NCBI RefSeq assembly: GCF_009914755.1
Contig: NC_060931.1
Length of the DNA: 64,000 nt
Source: the human T2T-CHM13v2.0 reference genome, Homo sapiens
Direction: 5' to 3' (one strand)
A program made the position numbers and the translations under genes. Positions within the stretch are counted from its first letter, which is position 1; each line of letters begins with the position of its first letter. The notes below the pieces were generated by a model that saw only the letters and a program-made list of their open reading frames with translations, was not told where the DNA came from and made no database searches. This document shows, piece after piece, positions 13,333-28,695 of this stretch.

Positions 13333-15231
13333 TAAATGCCCTTTTAAGTAGCATTTACAATGGCTGCATTGGATGAAGGCATAATAATTTATCTAAGAAC
13401 AGCAGCAATGATGATGAGGAGGAGGAGGAGAAGGAGGAGGGACTTTTGTGTAGGACTTGCTGTGAGCCGTGCCCTATGCCAAACCCTTTTACAGGAAACT
13501 CATTAGGCTGTGTGGGTGTGGGTTGTCTGCCCACCTAAGTGAGACACTGACCTTCCCTTAGGGTGCCCCAATGTGATTTAGGGGCCCTCCAAGTTTTTTG
13601 CAGTTGCCCCTGGGACAGATGAGGAGGATCCCAGCAGAGTGAAGCCTGCAGGTACCCTAAGCCTAGCAGACAGACCGGGCTCACCTGGGCTGCAGAGCCT
13701 GGAGCTGCCACCTTCCTGGGTGCACCTCTTCCCCCTCTATATTCCGGAAGGCCTCCCGGAGTTTCTGAAGTGGCTAGAAATTACTATGTGACAGTGTTTT
13801 TGTTTGTTTGTTTGTTTTTTAAAAAAAGAGCCTTAGGATAGTGTGGCAGATGTCTGTTAATGACTTCCTGGGTATGAGATCCTGGGCTTGATACTGAGAT
13901 GTAGAAATGAATAAATTATGGCCACTGCCTTCTAGGAACTGGTGGAAAAGACCATCTTGGAATCCTTATGAGACAGGGCTAAAGCTTAGCTGTGCATAAA
14001 GCCAGGGACATGGTCCAGGCTCATTTCTGTTCTCACCACTGGCCTGTGTATCCAGTTCATTCCCACTCCCCCACTGTCAACCACGCTGACTTTTAGCAGG
14101 GAAGGAGTTGGTGTGTTCAGAGACCTGGCCCTCAGGGAGGTGTGAGATGGACAGGGAGGGGGGTCACCAGGATAGAGACAACACAAACAGGCATCACATT
14201 CCATGAGAAACAAAAGCCGGAAGGAGGTTCTGGAGGTGGCAGTGATGTGAGACTTTTTGTCCCTTACTCGCTTCTGTATTATTGGGTTTTTCTTTGCAGT
14301 GAGAGTGTAGTCATGTATTATTTGTATAAATAGAATCATTTAATAGACAAACAATGTAAGGAAACAGTTTTGCTCTAGGCTTTTCAAAGATTCATCTCCT
14401 TACACATTGTATCATCCCTAAGTCATTGCAACGTGATGATTTTGCAGTGAGAAAGATATGGCCCACATTTTAGGTGGGAGAGAAGGGAGTGGCCTGTAAA
14501 GTATTTCTGGCCTCTCTGGAGCTTTGCAAAGGTTTCATGTGTTCTTGCCCATGCAGCCTGCAGGTTTTGGGTCCCAGCGCTGCATCTGAAGGGGTAAAAG
14601 CGTGGTGCTAAGTGATGATCTGGAAAACTGAGCAGGTTAAAAGCATAGAATGTGATTTTTCCCCACGTGAAATGGCATTGGATTTTTAATTATGTATTTA
14701 ACTTTTGAAAATGGTAAGAAATTCCCAAAGTGAGCAGCGAGGTGGGGAGTGAGTAGCAAGCATAAACCAGGTCTCTGGCTATTTTTAAAGTGTGACTGCC
14801 TCAGCAAAGTGGAGTTTTCTGCAAAGTGGAGTCAAGGATAGCAGAGAGTGGCACAGACAAAACCCCATAGAAACTCTCTCTCAGACTCTGGGGTAATGGG
14901 GGCACTGACCTAAATAAGGACAGGAATCTGCCAAGTACAATGAGCTCAGGCTGCAGGACAGGCGGAATTGAGGGCGCTGTGTCTTCCATTCACACACCGG
15001 CCCTGTGTGCATTCAGGCCCCAGATGACATGTAGGCCACTGCCCCATGCCAGCCAGACTGCCCCAGCCCCACCCACAGAAGCTTTCCTGGTTCAAAGGGC
15101 TTGATTGAAGATTGAGTGATAACAGGGCTAAATCCCTGACCAGAAACACTAGCCGAGACATAGGATTTTATCGTAATAATCCCAAGAAATGAGCGAATCT
15201 CCTTGGGCTCCAGGGCTAGGTCAGAGAGAAC

Positions 15232-15523
15232 AGTTCTCAGTGGACTGTCAGCCATGGGGCTGTGTGCAATGTGAGCCACATATGCAATTTTAAATTTTCT
15301 TTTAAAAAGGCAAGAAGAAACAGACAACAGTCATTTTAATATTTTTTATTTAATCTAGTATATCTAAAATATTAACACTTATGCACATAATCAATATGAA
15401 AACTATTAAGGAAATGTTTTACATTCTTTTTGTGTACTCTTCAACATCTCAACTCAGATCTGCCGTATTTCAGGTGCCCAGTGGCCACATGTGGCTTATG
15501 GCTGCCATATTGGACACCAGCAC
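15232..15523. mobile_element. MER33/MER3-type hAT relic
   Basis: Terminal gtggccacatgtggcttatggctgccatattggaca and an AT-rich core. Confidence 0.65.
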
Positions 15524-15698
15524 TAGAAGCCATACACTCAGCACCTTACAGAGTGGGGCTGGAAAGCTGCAAGGATGCTGTCTGGGCCCATGAAATCCTT
15601 GCATCTCATGTAGAGTCCTCCTAATATTCATCTGCCATTAAAAACAAAAGCATTACACCTTCATAAGTTATAGGTAATAAGAATTATTTACATTTTCA

Positions 15699-16119
<421 letters not shown>

Positions 16120-17785
16120 TTATTGAGGGTCTGCCAGGTGCTAGGCCCTAATTTGCATACAACTCCTGCATTCCTAGAGTTTGGATTCTAGTGGAAGAGG
16201 AAAACAAATCATGATGTCAGCGTGGTTCGAATGGTAGTGGGAATATGAGTGCAGCTCGGCAACACATGAGAAACCTTTAATCTGCCCATGATATCAGGGG
16301 ATGTTCTTCAAAGGAGGGATATTTGATTAGAAAAATACAGAATGAGGAGCTCTGTGCTGGGCAGATAAGTGAGGGTGGAAGGAGCACTGCACGTTCTGAA
16401 CATAGTCCATTTGGGGCAGAACTTCTGACCCTGGTATGTCCATTTTAGACCCCAGACAGGTTAGGCCACCTACTTGAAATCCTACCACGTGTTCACAGGA
16501 GATGGGGCTGGAACCCAGGAGTTTGAGCTGGTCAGTCCTCAAGCAACAATTCATCTTGAAAAGGTGGTTCTTTATGCAAGGTCTTTAGGACGGGGATAAG
16601 CGTGGGAAGGGTTCCAGCCCTAGAACCTGCTCGATCAGGTGACCTCAATTCCAGGGTCCTTTCCTGCGTGCAGCTACCATTTTTGGTTTTGAAATCTGCA
16701 GAATATTTTGAATACAATTCTGCTGTGTCATCATGCTAAAGTTCAGTAAGGATGTGTGCTTGAAGTCTGTTTATAAAGTGTTTCTACTTTAGTAATCCTC
16801 GAGTCTTAGAAGAAGAGTCACCATTTCCTGGAGATTTTGAACCCCAGGTGAACTGGCTGCTTGTCTGGAATCTCAGTGCAGGAGTTTTTTTTTTTTTTTT
16901 TTTTTTAACCTAGACAGGGAGCCAGTCTCTTGCCTTTGTTCACACAGGCCATTGGCCACCACTAGGGCAGAACAGAGACAGTGCCAGTCTGAAGCCTGCG
17001 GCCCTCCAGGAACGGTGCCTCCTCTGTACTCAGCAGTTTTTATTTTTATCTCATCAGCGTGTTCCTCCTTTTGAAGTGTGAATCCTAGTGACCCAAATGA
17101 GCTGTCTGCCTGGGCCTGGGCCAACAGGACCAGGTTACTTGAGTTCAGTGGAGACCCTGGGCTGCGGTGGCAGGGATGCTGGTTCCTGTGTGACTGGATG
17201 GGGGTGGGGTAGGCAGGCTTACTGGGGCCAGAGGCACAGGCAGCCTGCTCAACTGACAGATTTTCAAACCAGGAGGACTTCATGCTAAAAATAAACTGGA
17301 TCCTGTATTCCCCCTCCCTCATTTGCTTCACAGCAGCCCTTTACAAAGAGTAAGCAGCATTTGCACAGTTTAGATGTTAACATTTAGAAGTGCAGAATTA
17401 AGCATGTGTACCTCACAGTGTTTGGCTGTGGATGCAATTCAGGCCCAGTGGCTTTGACAGTTGTCTCCATGCTGATGCATTGGAACAGTGTGGTGGAGAG
17501 TGGTTTAATACTCAGTGGTTGGGCATTGGGGGTGTGCTGTGTCACTGGAATTGAGTGGTCAGCAGTGGTGCCTGATGCTGGAGGCAGGGAGTCTGGTAGA
17601 GTTTGAGAAACAGGAAGGCAGATGGGCCCCCTATCCCTCTGTTGGCTGATGCCTGAGACACACTTGGTTTAGAGGGAAGAGAAAGAATACTTGTGGGTCC
17701 TCTATGCTGTAACAGGAACTGTACTAAGTACTTTTCCTGTGTATTCCTGTGAGTTCCACACAACTAAGCATATCCTCATTAGAGG

Positions 17786-17970
17786 CAGTGATGCTTCAAG
17801 GGTGGTTCCCAGACAGCAGCATCTGCGTCACCTGGGAACTTGTTAGGAATGCAGATTCTCAGGCCCTGCCCATGGTCTATGAAATGAGGATTCAAACGGG
17901 GTCCAGCAGTCTGTGGTTTAACAAGCTCCTGGGTGATCCCCGTGCACGCTAAAGCTTGGGAACCTCTCCT
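17786..17970. mobile_element. MER5A
   Basis: cagcagcatctgcgtcacctgggaacttgttaggaatgcagattctcaggccc. Confidence 0.75.
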
Positions 17971-17989
17971 GGAGAGGTAGAGCGCAGAC

Positions 17990-18185
17990 CTGGAGCTAGA
18001 CTGGTCTCAGGCCTCAGGTGTTTGGCCTTCGACAAGTTGTGCAACCATTTCTGTGCCTCAGTGTTCTCATCTATGAAGTGGGGGTAATAACAATGGGGTT
18101 GTGTGGGATTACATTAAGCAATGTATGTTAAAACCAGCCATGGTACTGGGCATGTGGTAAGCATACCATAAGTGCTTGCTGTAAC
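17990..18185 (+). mobile_element. MIR
   Basis: ctgtgcctcagtgttctcatctatgaagtgggggtaataaca core. Confidence 0.65.
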
Positions 18186-18682
18186 TCACTAGCTTTGATC
18201 CCATGTCTGTTTAACTTCAAGGCTGTTTACTCATTATTTTATACTGACTGTCTCTTAGCAACCTAACTCAGTTAGTGATTCAGGTGTCTAATTCTGCAAA
18301 AACAAAAACAAAAAAAGTAGGTTATTCTATAGGTCAAGGCTAGCAAGGTGGTTTCCTTTCTCATTGCCGGCTCTGTTTCTGTAGTAGGGGCCACCTGGTG
18401 CCCTGTGAGGAGGATTGTAGAGCCAAGCCTGAGCTAGGCATATACACGTGTGCCGTTATTGATGAGAGATGTCTGTCGTGGGTGTGCAGGGGTGTGATGT
18501 GCCCTCCTCTGCTGATGCTGGTTTTTGCCAGTCAACTTAGTGTGAATTTCTGATCCTTTCCTGTAGCTGGGTTTTAATGGGAGGCTATTAAGAGCCACTA
18601 CTGAATACCGCGGGCCAGAGGAGTCATGTGGGCTGCACATGTTTAGGGCCAATTATCAGGAGACTGCATGTGGTTTCTGGGC

Positions 18683-18905
18683 AGATCTCGCGTGAACTAC
18701 CAGAGCAAGAACTCACTCATTACTGTGGGAAGAGTACCAAGCCATTCATGAGAGATCCACCTGCATGACCCAAATACAGATATGGAAACTATCCCATTTC
18801 TGTATATGGGATATAAGACACATATCCCAATAGACACCACCTCCAACATTAGGGATCACATTTCAGCACGAGATTTGTTGGGGGGCAAACATCCAAACTA
18901 TATCA
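18683..18905 (-). mobile_element. MST (MaLR) LTR fragment
   Basis: gaactcactcattactgtgg...ggatcacatttcagcacgagattt...acatccaaactatatca. Confidence 0.75.
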
Positions 18906-19469
18906 GGCACCTCGTGCTGGTTGGCTGTGGAGATGACTGAGTCCAGCCAGTGCAGAGGGAGGAAAAGCTCCCTTAGAGGGTGGAGGAGGTCTCGGGGGAG
19001 GATGGAGAGGACGTTGAGGCAGGTTTGGACTTCCTGCAGGCAGCGAGGGTTTCCAAAGCAGACAGGCAGCTGGAGATGAGGTGGTGGGTGGGTAGGGGAA
19101 GTGGAGGGAAGGCAGGACCCCAGTTTTAAGAGTTAATTGTTGTAACAGAGCAGGAAAGTGATAATAAGGGCCCAGAAATACAGGTTGAGTGTTTGTAAAG
19201 AAAATTTCAAACTTGTTACTGATGGGTTTTTTGAGTGATTTGAATAAAAGGAAAAATAAACCAGATTCCTTGGTGGAGAAGACTACATTTCATAAAGATG
19301 ACAGTTCTTCTAAACCAATGCAAAGGGTATTTAATATGAGTCCAATGAAATCCCCATGGAATTTTTAGGAACACAACAAAATAGTTCTAAGATTCCTCTG
19401 AAAGAATGACAGCTGAAAATAGCGAGAGGATTTTTTTTCATGAAAGAGGATAATGATGTCTCCTTCAGC

Positions 19470-20230
19470 TTGTTCCCTGCATACCTTCCAGAGCTGTCTT
19501 TTTAAAACATGAATCAAATCCTGGCTGCTTGTGTCATCCTGCGGCTATTAGAATAAACCTGAGCCCTTCCCTGGGACCTGTGTGGCCTGCCTGGCTGGCC
19601 TTTGACACCTCCTCCCTCACTCTCTTGCTCTCCCAGCTCCAGCTGTCCTGCCTTCCCTCTCCTCCTAGAAAACATCAAGCTTCTTCCCACCTGCGCATTT
19701 GCTGCTGCCTCCGCGTAGACCTTTTCCTTTCTCATGACTCACTTGTTCTTGTGATGTTCTTGTGGCCTCTGCTCAAATGGCTTCTCCAGGAAGCCTTCCC
19801 TGACCACCCCATCTCCTAACACTTGTTCCTGTCATTTCTTCTCCTCTATTTTCATCTGAATTACACACTTTATTTATAGTGTGGTGGCTCAGAGCATAGG
19901 CTCTGACCTGAGCTGCCTGCATTTGCATCTGGCTTCACCCCTTACTGCTGTGTGCCCGTCTAGGCATCAGTTTTCCTCATCTATGTAATGGGAATAACAG
20001 TGTCTATGTCATAGGGCTGTTGTAATGTGACATGAAAAGAGCCTCACGAGCCTGTCACACAGAGTCAACAGATGTTGTTGCTTGTTCAACCTTCATTCAC
20101 CCCACACCAGAAAGGGAAGCAAGACAGAAGCGCCTTGTCTGGTTCACTGGCAGTATCTTCGGTGCCCTTCGGTGCCCAGAACTATACCTGGCACATTCTG
20201 TGGCATGGTAAATAACTGTTGAATGAATAG
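19470..20230. mobile_element. L2 3' fragments with an embedded MIR
   Basis: gaagccttccctgaccacccc; cctggcacattc...aaataactgttgaatgaat L2 tail; MIR core at ~19960-20040. Confidence 0.55.
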
Positions 20231-20623
20231 CATGATAGTAAAACATGCTATACATGCGCAGTGTTAAAATAGCAATTGGTGTCTGAGTAGAGATACAGAT
20301 TAAAGGAACAGCATAATAACTCCAGAGCCAACCCTAGCATTTATGAGAATTTAATAGATGGTGAAGCAGCGGCACAAATTAGTAGGGAGACAAGAAGGAT
20401 AATTTAGTAAATGACCGATGAAAAAAAATTAGAACCTCTCCTCACAACATTTATCAGAATAAATTCCAACTAGACATTTCAAATTCTAAGAAAAACTAAG
20501 AAAATATATGAGGGTATCTTCTTTTCTAGGGAAGGGTTGTCTTTTTAAGCACAAAACCCTGAGAAAAAAATCAGAAAGAAGAAAGAGCAGTGGATTCGAC
20601 TACTTTTAAAAATTACCTTTTGT

Positions 20624-20983
<360 letters not shown>

Positions 20984-21502
20984 TCAAGTGACAGAAAAAA
21001 ATGTTTAAAGCCTGTAATATAGAAATTACTTACATAAATCTAAAGGGAAGGTCATTTATATCTCAATAGAAAAATTAGCCAAAGGAAAGATATAGAACCT
21101 GCACAGAAGAAATACATGCAGCCAAGTAGCTATAGGGGAAATGTTTAACTTACGGGTAATCAAACAAATGCAAAGTAAAATGAGATGTCAGTTTTCCTCT
21201 ATGAAGTAACCCAGTGGGGACTGTGTTAAGAAAGATACATTTCTAAATTGCTGGGGGGAGTGTAGCTAGAAATAGCTTTTCTGTCACACAGTTTGAAGAG
21301 GCTTAACTATGTACAAATCTTTTGACCCAATAGGTCCACCTCTGGAAATCCAGCTTAAGGAGATCGTCAGAAATGCATCCCATATATATGCAAAGATATT
21401 CATTAATCATAAGTCAGAAAAATGTGAAAAAATTAAATACCCAGCAATAGAGGAAACAGTAAATTATAGTACATATACACCAGAATATAATATAACCATT
21501 AA

Positions 21503-21845
<343 letters not shown>

Positions 21846-22142
21846 AATGTAGTGGTTCTTAACCTCTGTTTGCATCATGCTTGCTAATGTCCCATTGGCC
21901 AAAGGAAGTCACATGGCCAAGCCCAGACTCAGTGGGAGCCGACTACACAAGAGGTGAGTACTAGGGGGCCACTGTGTAACCATCTATCGTATGTATTCAT
22001 GATATGATTGCAGTTTCTAAATATAAGACACAAAGACACATGTACATGTAGGAATATACCAGTATGTAAACAGTGGTTATTTTAAATTTATTATTTGTAT
22101 TTTCAAAATTTCCTATAACAAGCATATATTTTATCATCATTA

Positions 22143-22514
<372 letters not shown>

Positions 22515-23854
22515 CTAATATACTATGACACATTCAGGAGGTGGTTGAGTGGATGGAATTAACTGGCACTGGTGGCTTTTTAGATGTGGTGGATGAAGTG
22601 GGGAATGGGGGCGTTCAAGAATAGTGTGACTCGGGCTTGGTCTGATGGTGTCTGAGATGGGGAAAAGGGATGTGGTGCAATTTGCTTGGAAAGTCTCATT
22701 TACCATGTTGAGTTTGAAGTTCCTGCGAGGCACTGTAGTTAGAGGCCCAACAGATGTTGAAAAGACAGAGTTGGAGTTCAGAAGCAAAGCGAGGATTGGA
22801 CAGAAATATTGTTCAGATTATTGGTGGTCATTGTGAGGGAGAAAACGTGATTGCCCAGGAGTGGCATAGAGGAGGTCGGAAAGAGCACAGAAGACAGGTC
22901 CTTGAGTTCACCAACATTGAAGGCCCTGGCAAAGGAAGCGTCAGGCCAGCTCTAACTCCAGACACTGCTTCAGTGTGACTCCACTCACAAGACCTTTCCT
23001 GCCCACAGCCTTAACTACCCCTTACCCCATCACATGTAGGCTCAGCATCCTATGCTTGTCATTTGGAGGGTCTGACATGTTTGTCATGAAATTGATTGGT
23101 GGGCGTGTACCCCCCCGGATTGTCGGCTCCACAAGAGCAAGGGCAGGGCAGGGTCTGTCTTGTCCTCTGTTCATCACTGTTGTCTACAGCAGTGCTTGAC
23201 ACAGGTTTTCTGGGAGGCTGAGTGAATGAAAGCATGTGGCAGCCAAACCTGGGAAGTGATGGATAAGGGGGGATCCATAGGATGGATAAGAATTCAGAGA
23301 AGATGTTGGTGGTCCAGGAGAGTTTTGAGAGAAGAGTTTCAAGGAGACAGCAGACACCAGTGCCAATGATGAGAGATCAAGAAAGATGGGCTCTGGAAAG
23401 ATCTAGAAAGAGCAAGCTGTCTTAGAGTAGGGATGGAGGCAGGTCCTGGGGGAAAGGAATGGATCGATTCTGTCCAGAGCACAGGTGGGTTCACTGGTCT
23501 TGGGAAAAGCCGTAGAAGCTCTTCAGAGTGGGCAGGACAGCAAAGAGGATGGGACAAATATGGAAGAAGGAAAGAAGTTCACATAGTAAACTGACATCAT
23601 GGCTCTGGGTCCACTGGGCTGACATTTGGTTTTTCAGACAGCATCCACAGGAAGTAGCTGTCCTATTTGAGAGATAATGTTGGGCTGTCCCATCTTGCAC
23701 CCCCACAAAGCCACTGGCTATCCCCCAGAGCGTGCTGTGGCTCCTCATCAACAGGTCTGGTCAGGGAGATCATCAGTGATTCTGTGTAAAGTTGGCTGTG
23801 GTGTAGTCTTCGTCAAAGTGGCATCTTAATTTGGTCTTATATCCCATTCAGTCT

Positions 23855-24000
23855 GGTCGCATCTGCCTCTCCTGGGAACTTGTTGGAAATGCAAATTCTC
23901 AGGCCCTACCTCAGAGAGACTTAAGTAGGAAAGTCTGGGGCTGGGGCCCAGCCGTGTGTTTTAGGAACATTCCCGGGTGATGTTCACTAAACATGGAGAA
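23855..24000. mobile_element. MER5A fragment
   Basis: cctgggaacttgttggaaatgcaaattctcaggccctacc. Confidence 0.65.
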
Positions 24001-26314
24001 CCTTTATCTTACTCCAGAAATACAAGCCAGCAGTTGTTGCAACCTAACTAGCGCTGGCTGACATTGACGCAGGAGCTTCCCAGCAGGAATGGATGTTTCT
24101 TCCCGCCGCCTTCTTGGAAGTGCTTTTGAAGTTGACTCCACTCAGAACCTCCTTTGGAATTCCCTGAGCGGAGAGAATCAAGCTGGTATAATTAGAGGCC
24201 CCTGTCATGCAGCCACTCGGTATTACGGGGTCAGCAGTTTCTGCTGGGATCCCAGGCAGCTTTCCAGGCTTGACTCTGATCTGCACATGAGGTTCTGAGC
24301 CAGTGAGGAGCTCCTGGGCCCCCCTGAATTTGGTATTTTAAATTGTAGACTATGAGGGACCAGAGGGGCCTCAATTGCAGGCTGGAGGATAGGGTTTCAT
24401 GCATAGCAGCTGGAATTCATAGCAGTGGCGTCTGGGACCCATAGCTTTGAAGACACGGGTGAGATGCTGTTGCTTAACGATAACCAGACACGAGCCGAGC
24501 CCACCCGCTGCTGCCCTCCCTGTGACTCTGCACCCCGCAGCGCTGCACCAGGGCAGTAGGCGCTTTGGCGCCATGCGGGGTCATCAAGCCCCTAAATGCA
24601 CCCTCCTGTTCCCCAGGAGATGAAAGCCGATTTGGCGGGGCTGGGGGCTGCTGCTGCTGCTTTTAAGGGGCCCAACCTTTTAACTGCAGCTCTCAGTATG
24701 GACATCCAGCAGCAGATGTTAATTGCTGGAGAGGTAGGTGGAACGTTTTCCTCTTTGTAATGCAGATGCACAGATATCTAGAGGCCAACCAGATCCCCAC
24801 ACATCCGGAAGCTGATTCCAGAAACCAGGTTTGAAATTTCACAGCCAGCCAAAGCTCTCAATGCAGAATAAGTGCCCATTTGTCCCTGAAGAGGGATGCC
24901 CACTTGCATTCTCAAAGCCTGTAGGCACCATGTGTTGGGGCCATTGCTGCCTGGGATTTTTGTGCCAGTCTGTTCTGCACTGTTGAGTGCAGCGTTGTGG
25001 TTAGATCCTTGGGGAGTAAGGGCTGGTCCCCTTCCCCTGATGTTAGGGCTGTTTCTGGGTGGGAGGTGAGAGCAGGCAAGTGCCTGCAGTATCTCTGGGA
25101 GACCCTGCTCCCCTTCTGGAAAATCTCTGGGCCTCCCTGCAGACTGCAGGCATGTGTCCAATACAACTAAATTCTTTTACATTTTGTACACTTCTGTGGG
25201 TAAGTCTTCCTTTTTAGCCAAAGACAAAGAGAGGATGGGAGCCCTACCTCCTCCTGGGTCTAGTTTACCCATATGATTTTGAGCCAATGGGTAAATCTTT
25301 TCAAATACCTTTTTTTCCCTCTCTCTCCAGTGAGTGGGCTTTAATCATGCTTATTACAGCTGGTGGGCCCCCACATAAAACCTTTGGGGCAAAATATTGA
25401 TAGTAGTTAGATTTGGGAATCTAAAAATCCTATACATAGTATTCTAGTTTATCCAGAGAAGTATATCCAATTATCAAAGGAGAGGAAGGAGAGAAGAGGT
25501 TCCAAAGCTCAGCTAAGTTGTTTGTTGACTGCCCCGCACAAGGCTGCTGAGCTTAGAGGACCTTTCCATGTGACTCACAGTGGTGGAGACAGTTCCCTGG
25601 AACTGTTCCCCTCCTGTCACCATTGCTCACTGGTTCTGAGGAAACAATTGGCAATCGTCAGTAAAATCTTCAGTCTCTTTAGTGCTCAAGTAAATGTAAA
25701 TTTAAACTGCGTAATAACACCTTTTCCACCTATTGGATTGGTAAGGATTTTCAAAATTACCCAGAGCAAGGGAGTGGATTGTGCAACTGCTAGTGGAATT
25801 GTAAATCTGCAAAGCAATTTTGCAAAAGTTATTACACACCTTAAAAATGCACACAGCTCTTGACCTGGCACACCTGGGAAGGTATTGTTTGAAACAATTA
25901 AAGTTGTGCAGAGTTCAAAGTTTTTCACCAAAGCGAAAAATGTGAAATGGCCTTGATGTTTAAATGTTCAAAAAGACTTATTAAATTATAGCATGTATCT
26001 ATATATGTGTATATATCTCCATTAAAATTATGTCAAATAATACTTAATGACATGAGGTCATATGACAATGAATAATAATGACAGTAATTTACAACATTAC
26101 TTGGTGGCAACTTAAAATAACAGACAACAGCACATACAATATGATTCCCATTTTATTAAATGTATACATTCATATTTTAAAGGTCTAGAAGGATACATAT
26201 CAAGACCTTAATGGTAATTCCTAGGTAGCAGAATTATAGCTGATGTTTCCTTTACTTTTTTCTGTATTTTAAAACTTTTCTGCCATAACTATATGCTTTA
26301 TAAATGACTGCTTT

Positions 26315-26943
26315 TGTTAGTGGAAAGGGGTCCCAATCCAGACCCCAAGAGTGAGTTCTTGGATCTTGCACAAGAAAGAATTTGGGGCAAGTCCATGGAG
26401 TAAAGTGAAAACAAGTTTGTTAGGAAAGTAAAGGAATAAAGAATGGCTACTCCATAGGCAGAGCAGCGGCATGGGCCACTGGTTGCCCATATTTATGGTT
26501 ATTTCTTGATTATGTGCTAAACAAGGGGAGGATTTTTCATGAGTTTTCAGGGAAAGGGGTGGGCAATTCCTGGAACTGAGGGTACCTCCCCTTTTTAGAC
26601 CATGTAGGGTAACTTCCTATAAACTGTCACTTACAAACTGTCATGGCACTGGCGAGAGTGTCTTTTAGCATGCTAATGCATTATAATTAGTGTGTAACGA
26701 GTAGTGAGGATGACCCGCGGTCACTTTCATCACCATCTTGGTTTTGGTAGGGTTGGGCCAGCTTCTTTACTGCAGCCTCTTTTATCAGCAAGGTCTTCAT
26801 GACCTGTATCTTGGGGCAACCTCCTATCTTATCCTGTGACTTAGAATGCCTAACCTCCTGGGAATACAGCCTAGTAGGTCTCAGCCTTATTTTACCCAGC
26901 CCCTATTCAAGATGGAGTTGTTCTGGTTCAAATGCCTCTGATA
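26315..26943 (-). mobile_element. MER41 (ERV1) solo LTR, copy 1
   Basis: The right end is the reverse complement of the MER41 start (TGTCAGAGGCATTTGAACCAGA..CTCCATCTTGAATAGGGGCTGGGTAAAATAAGGCTGAGACC). Tandem TTCNNNGAA at 26546-26554 and 26567-26575. Confidence 0.9.
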
Positions 26944-27509
26944 ACTTTTAAAACAAATAACCAAAAGATTCCTGTGAAATGTGCTCTTATAATTGCTATT
27001 GTAAACAACTCCCTGCCCAGAGAACCTAACTGGCTGGTTTGTGTTACAGGGAGAGAGGGGGGATTGCTTTTTACTGATTAGAGAGGCCATGGGCTCTAAC
27101 AAAACCCAGAGGTGAATTTCACCTGGCCTAAAAGGAAGAGAAACCTTGCTAAGAGGTGAAAGGTCAGCAGTGAATGCCAAAGGAGGAATTTTGGCTGGAG
27201 TATTAATTTGCAATCACAGACCCTGTATTGTGTTAGCTAACTTTCTAATTTTCAGTATGCTCTGAAAGCAGAAATTTCTTTTTCTCTTGTGTGTTCAGTT
27301 AATCACTCTTACTCTTTCCTAGAGAAATGAAACAAGAAGTTCTTAAGATGGTGGCAATGAGTGGTTGAGAACAGCAGCAGTAAGCCTGGCTGGGCAGAAA
27401 CGATACTCTGATTGTTATTAAGAACTGCGTAACGGTCCCTAGGGGCCCAGGGCAGAGCCAGTATCATTCTATTTTCAAGTGCACGAGGGGGGCTCATTTA
27501 TACTGAATA

Positions 27510-28036
27510 CAGTAGTCCCCCTTGTCCTCGGAGGTTATCTTCCAAGACTTCAGATGTGCCAAACCCTATATACTGTTTTTTCCTATCCATACATACCTAT
27601 GGTAAAGTTTAACTTATAAATTAGGCACAGAAAGAGATTAACAACAATAATAATAAAATAGAAAAATTCTAATAGGAGGGGGAGGAAGAGGAGGAAAAAA
27701 CTAAAAAAAAAAATTATAACAATAGACTGTAATAAAATTTATGTGAATGTGGTCTCTCTCTTTCTCAAAACACCTTATACTGTACAGACTCACCCTTCTT
27801 CTTGTGCTGATGTGAGATAATAGGAAGGCTGCTAAGTGTCTAAAGGATGGGAAGCATCTGCAGATGAAGACGCTGAGCAAAGGGAGGGTTCACATCCCTG
27901 GTGAGACACAGCGGTGCAGTGTGAGATTGTGAATTGTATATTTCCAGAATTTTCCATTTAATATTTTTGGACTGTGATTGACTGTGGGTCACTGAAACCA
28001 TAAAAAAGTGAAACTGCAGATATGGGGTGACTGCTG
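27510..28036 (-). mobile_element. MER44 (Tigger7-derived) DNA transposon
   Basis: TIRs cagtagtcccc ... ggggtgactgctg, flanked by TA. Confidence 0.75.
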
Positions 28037-28695
28037 TACTATGTGAAAATATCACCCTCTTTTTGCTAAAAATATGTGATCAAATGTAAAGTTGGGCCTT
28101 AGAAATAGGCATGTTATGGTGGCTTGACAAGCTTAGGATGGGAACATTAGAAGGTGGAAGAGAAGTAGGCTGGTGGGAAGGAGAATGGCGATTTTGTCCA
28201 GATGAGGAGGGAATTTGGTTAATAAAAGCTTAAGGCTGGAGCCTAGGAGAAAGGCCTGGAGGAGAAGTGTTAATACTGGGTTTAGGTAGAGCAAGAAAGT
28301 GGGGTTTCGGGTTGGTATCTGGAAGTCTGTAGGAAGTTCCCTACAGAAAATAAGAGAAATTATTTTTCCTTTGTGGGAAATATCAAAAACCAAATCATTG
28401 GATTGTAACATACTTTGAAATCCATCTTAGAAAATAAGATGGATCGATGTCTGATTGGGTGGGCAGATGTGTGATAATGATAATGCTAATTGTGGAATGT
28501 AGGCAGTGTGTCTATGAGTCTTCACCATATAGTGCCCTAAACTTTCTTGTAGATTTAAAAAATTCAAAATTTAAACGTTAGGAACAAAAGAGCAACTAGA
28601 TGGCAAAGCCTAAACTCGTGGTCATTTTACAGGAAAAAAAAAATCAAGTAACAAGGAATCTCCTATGAATTCCAAAATACAAAAGGTGGGGAACT

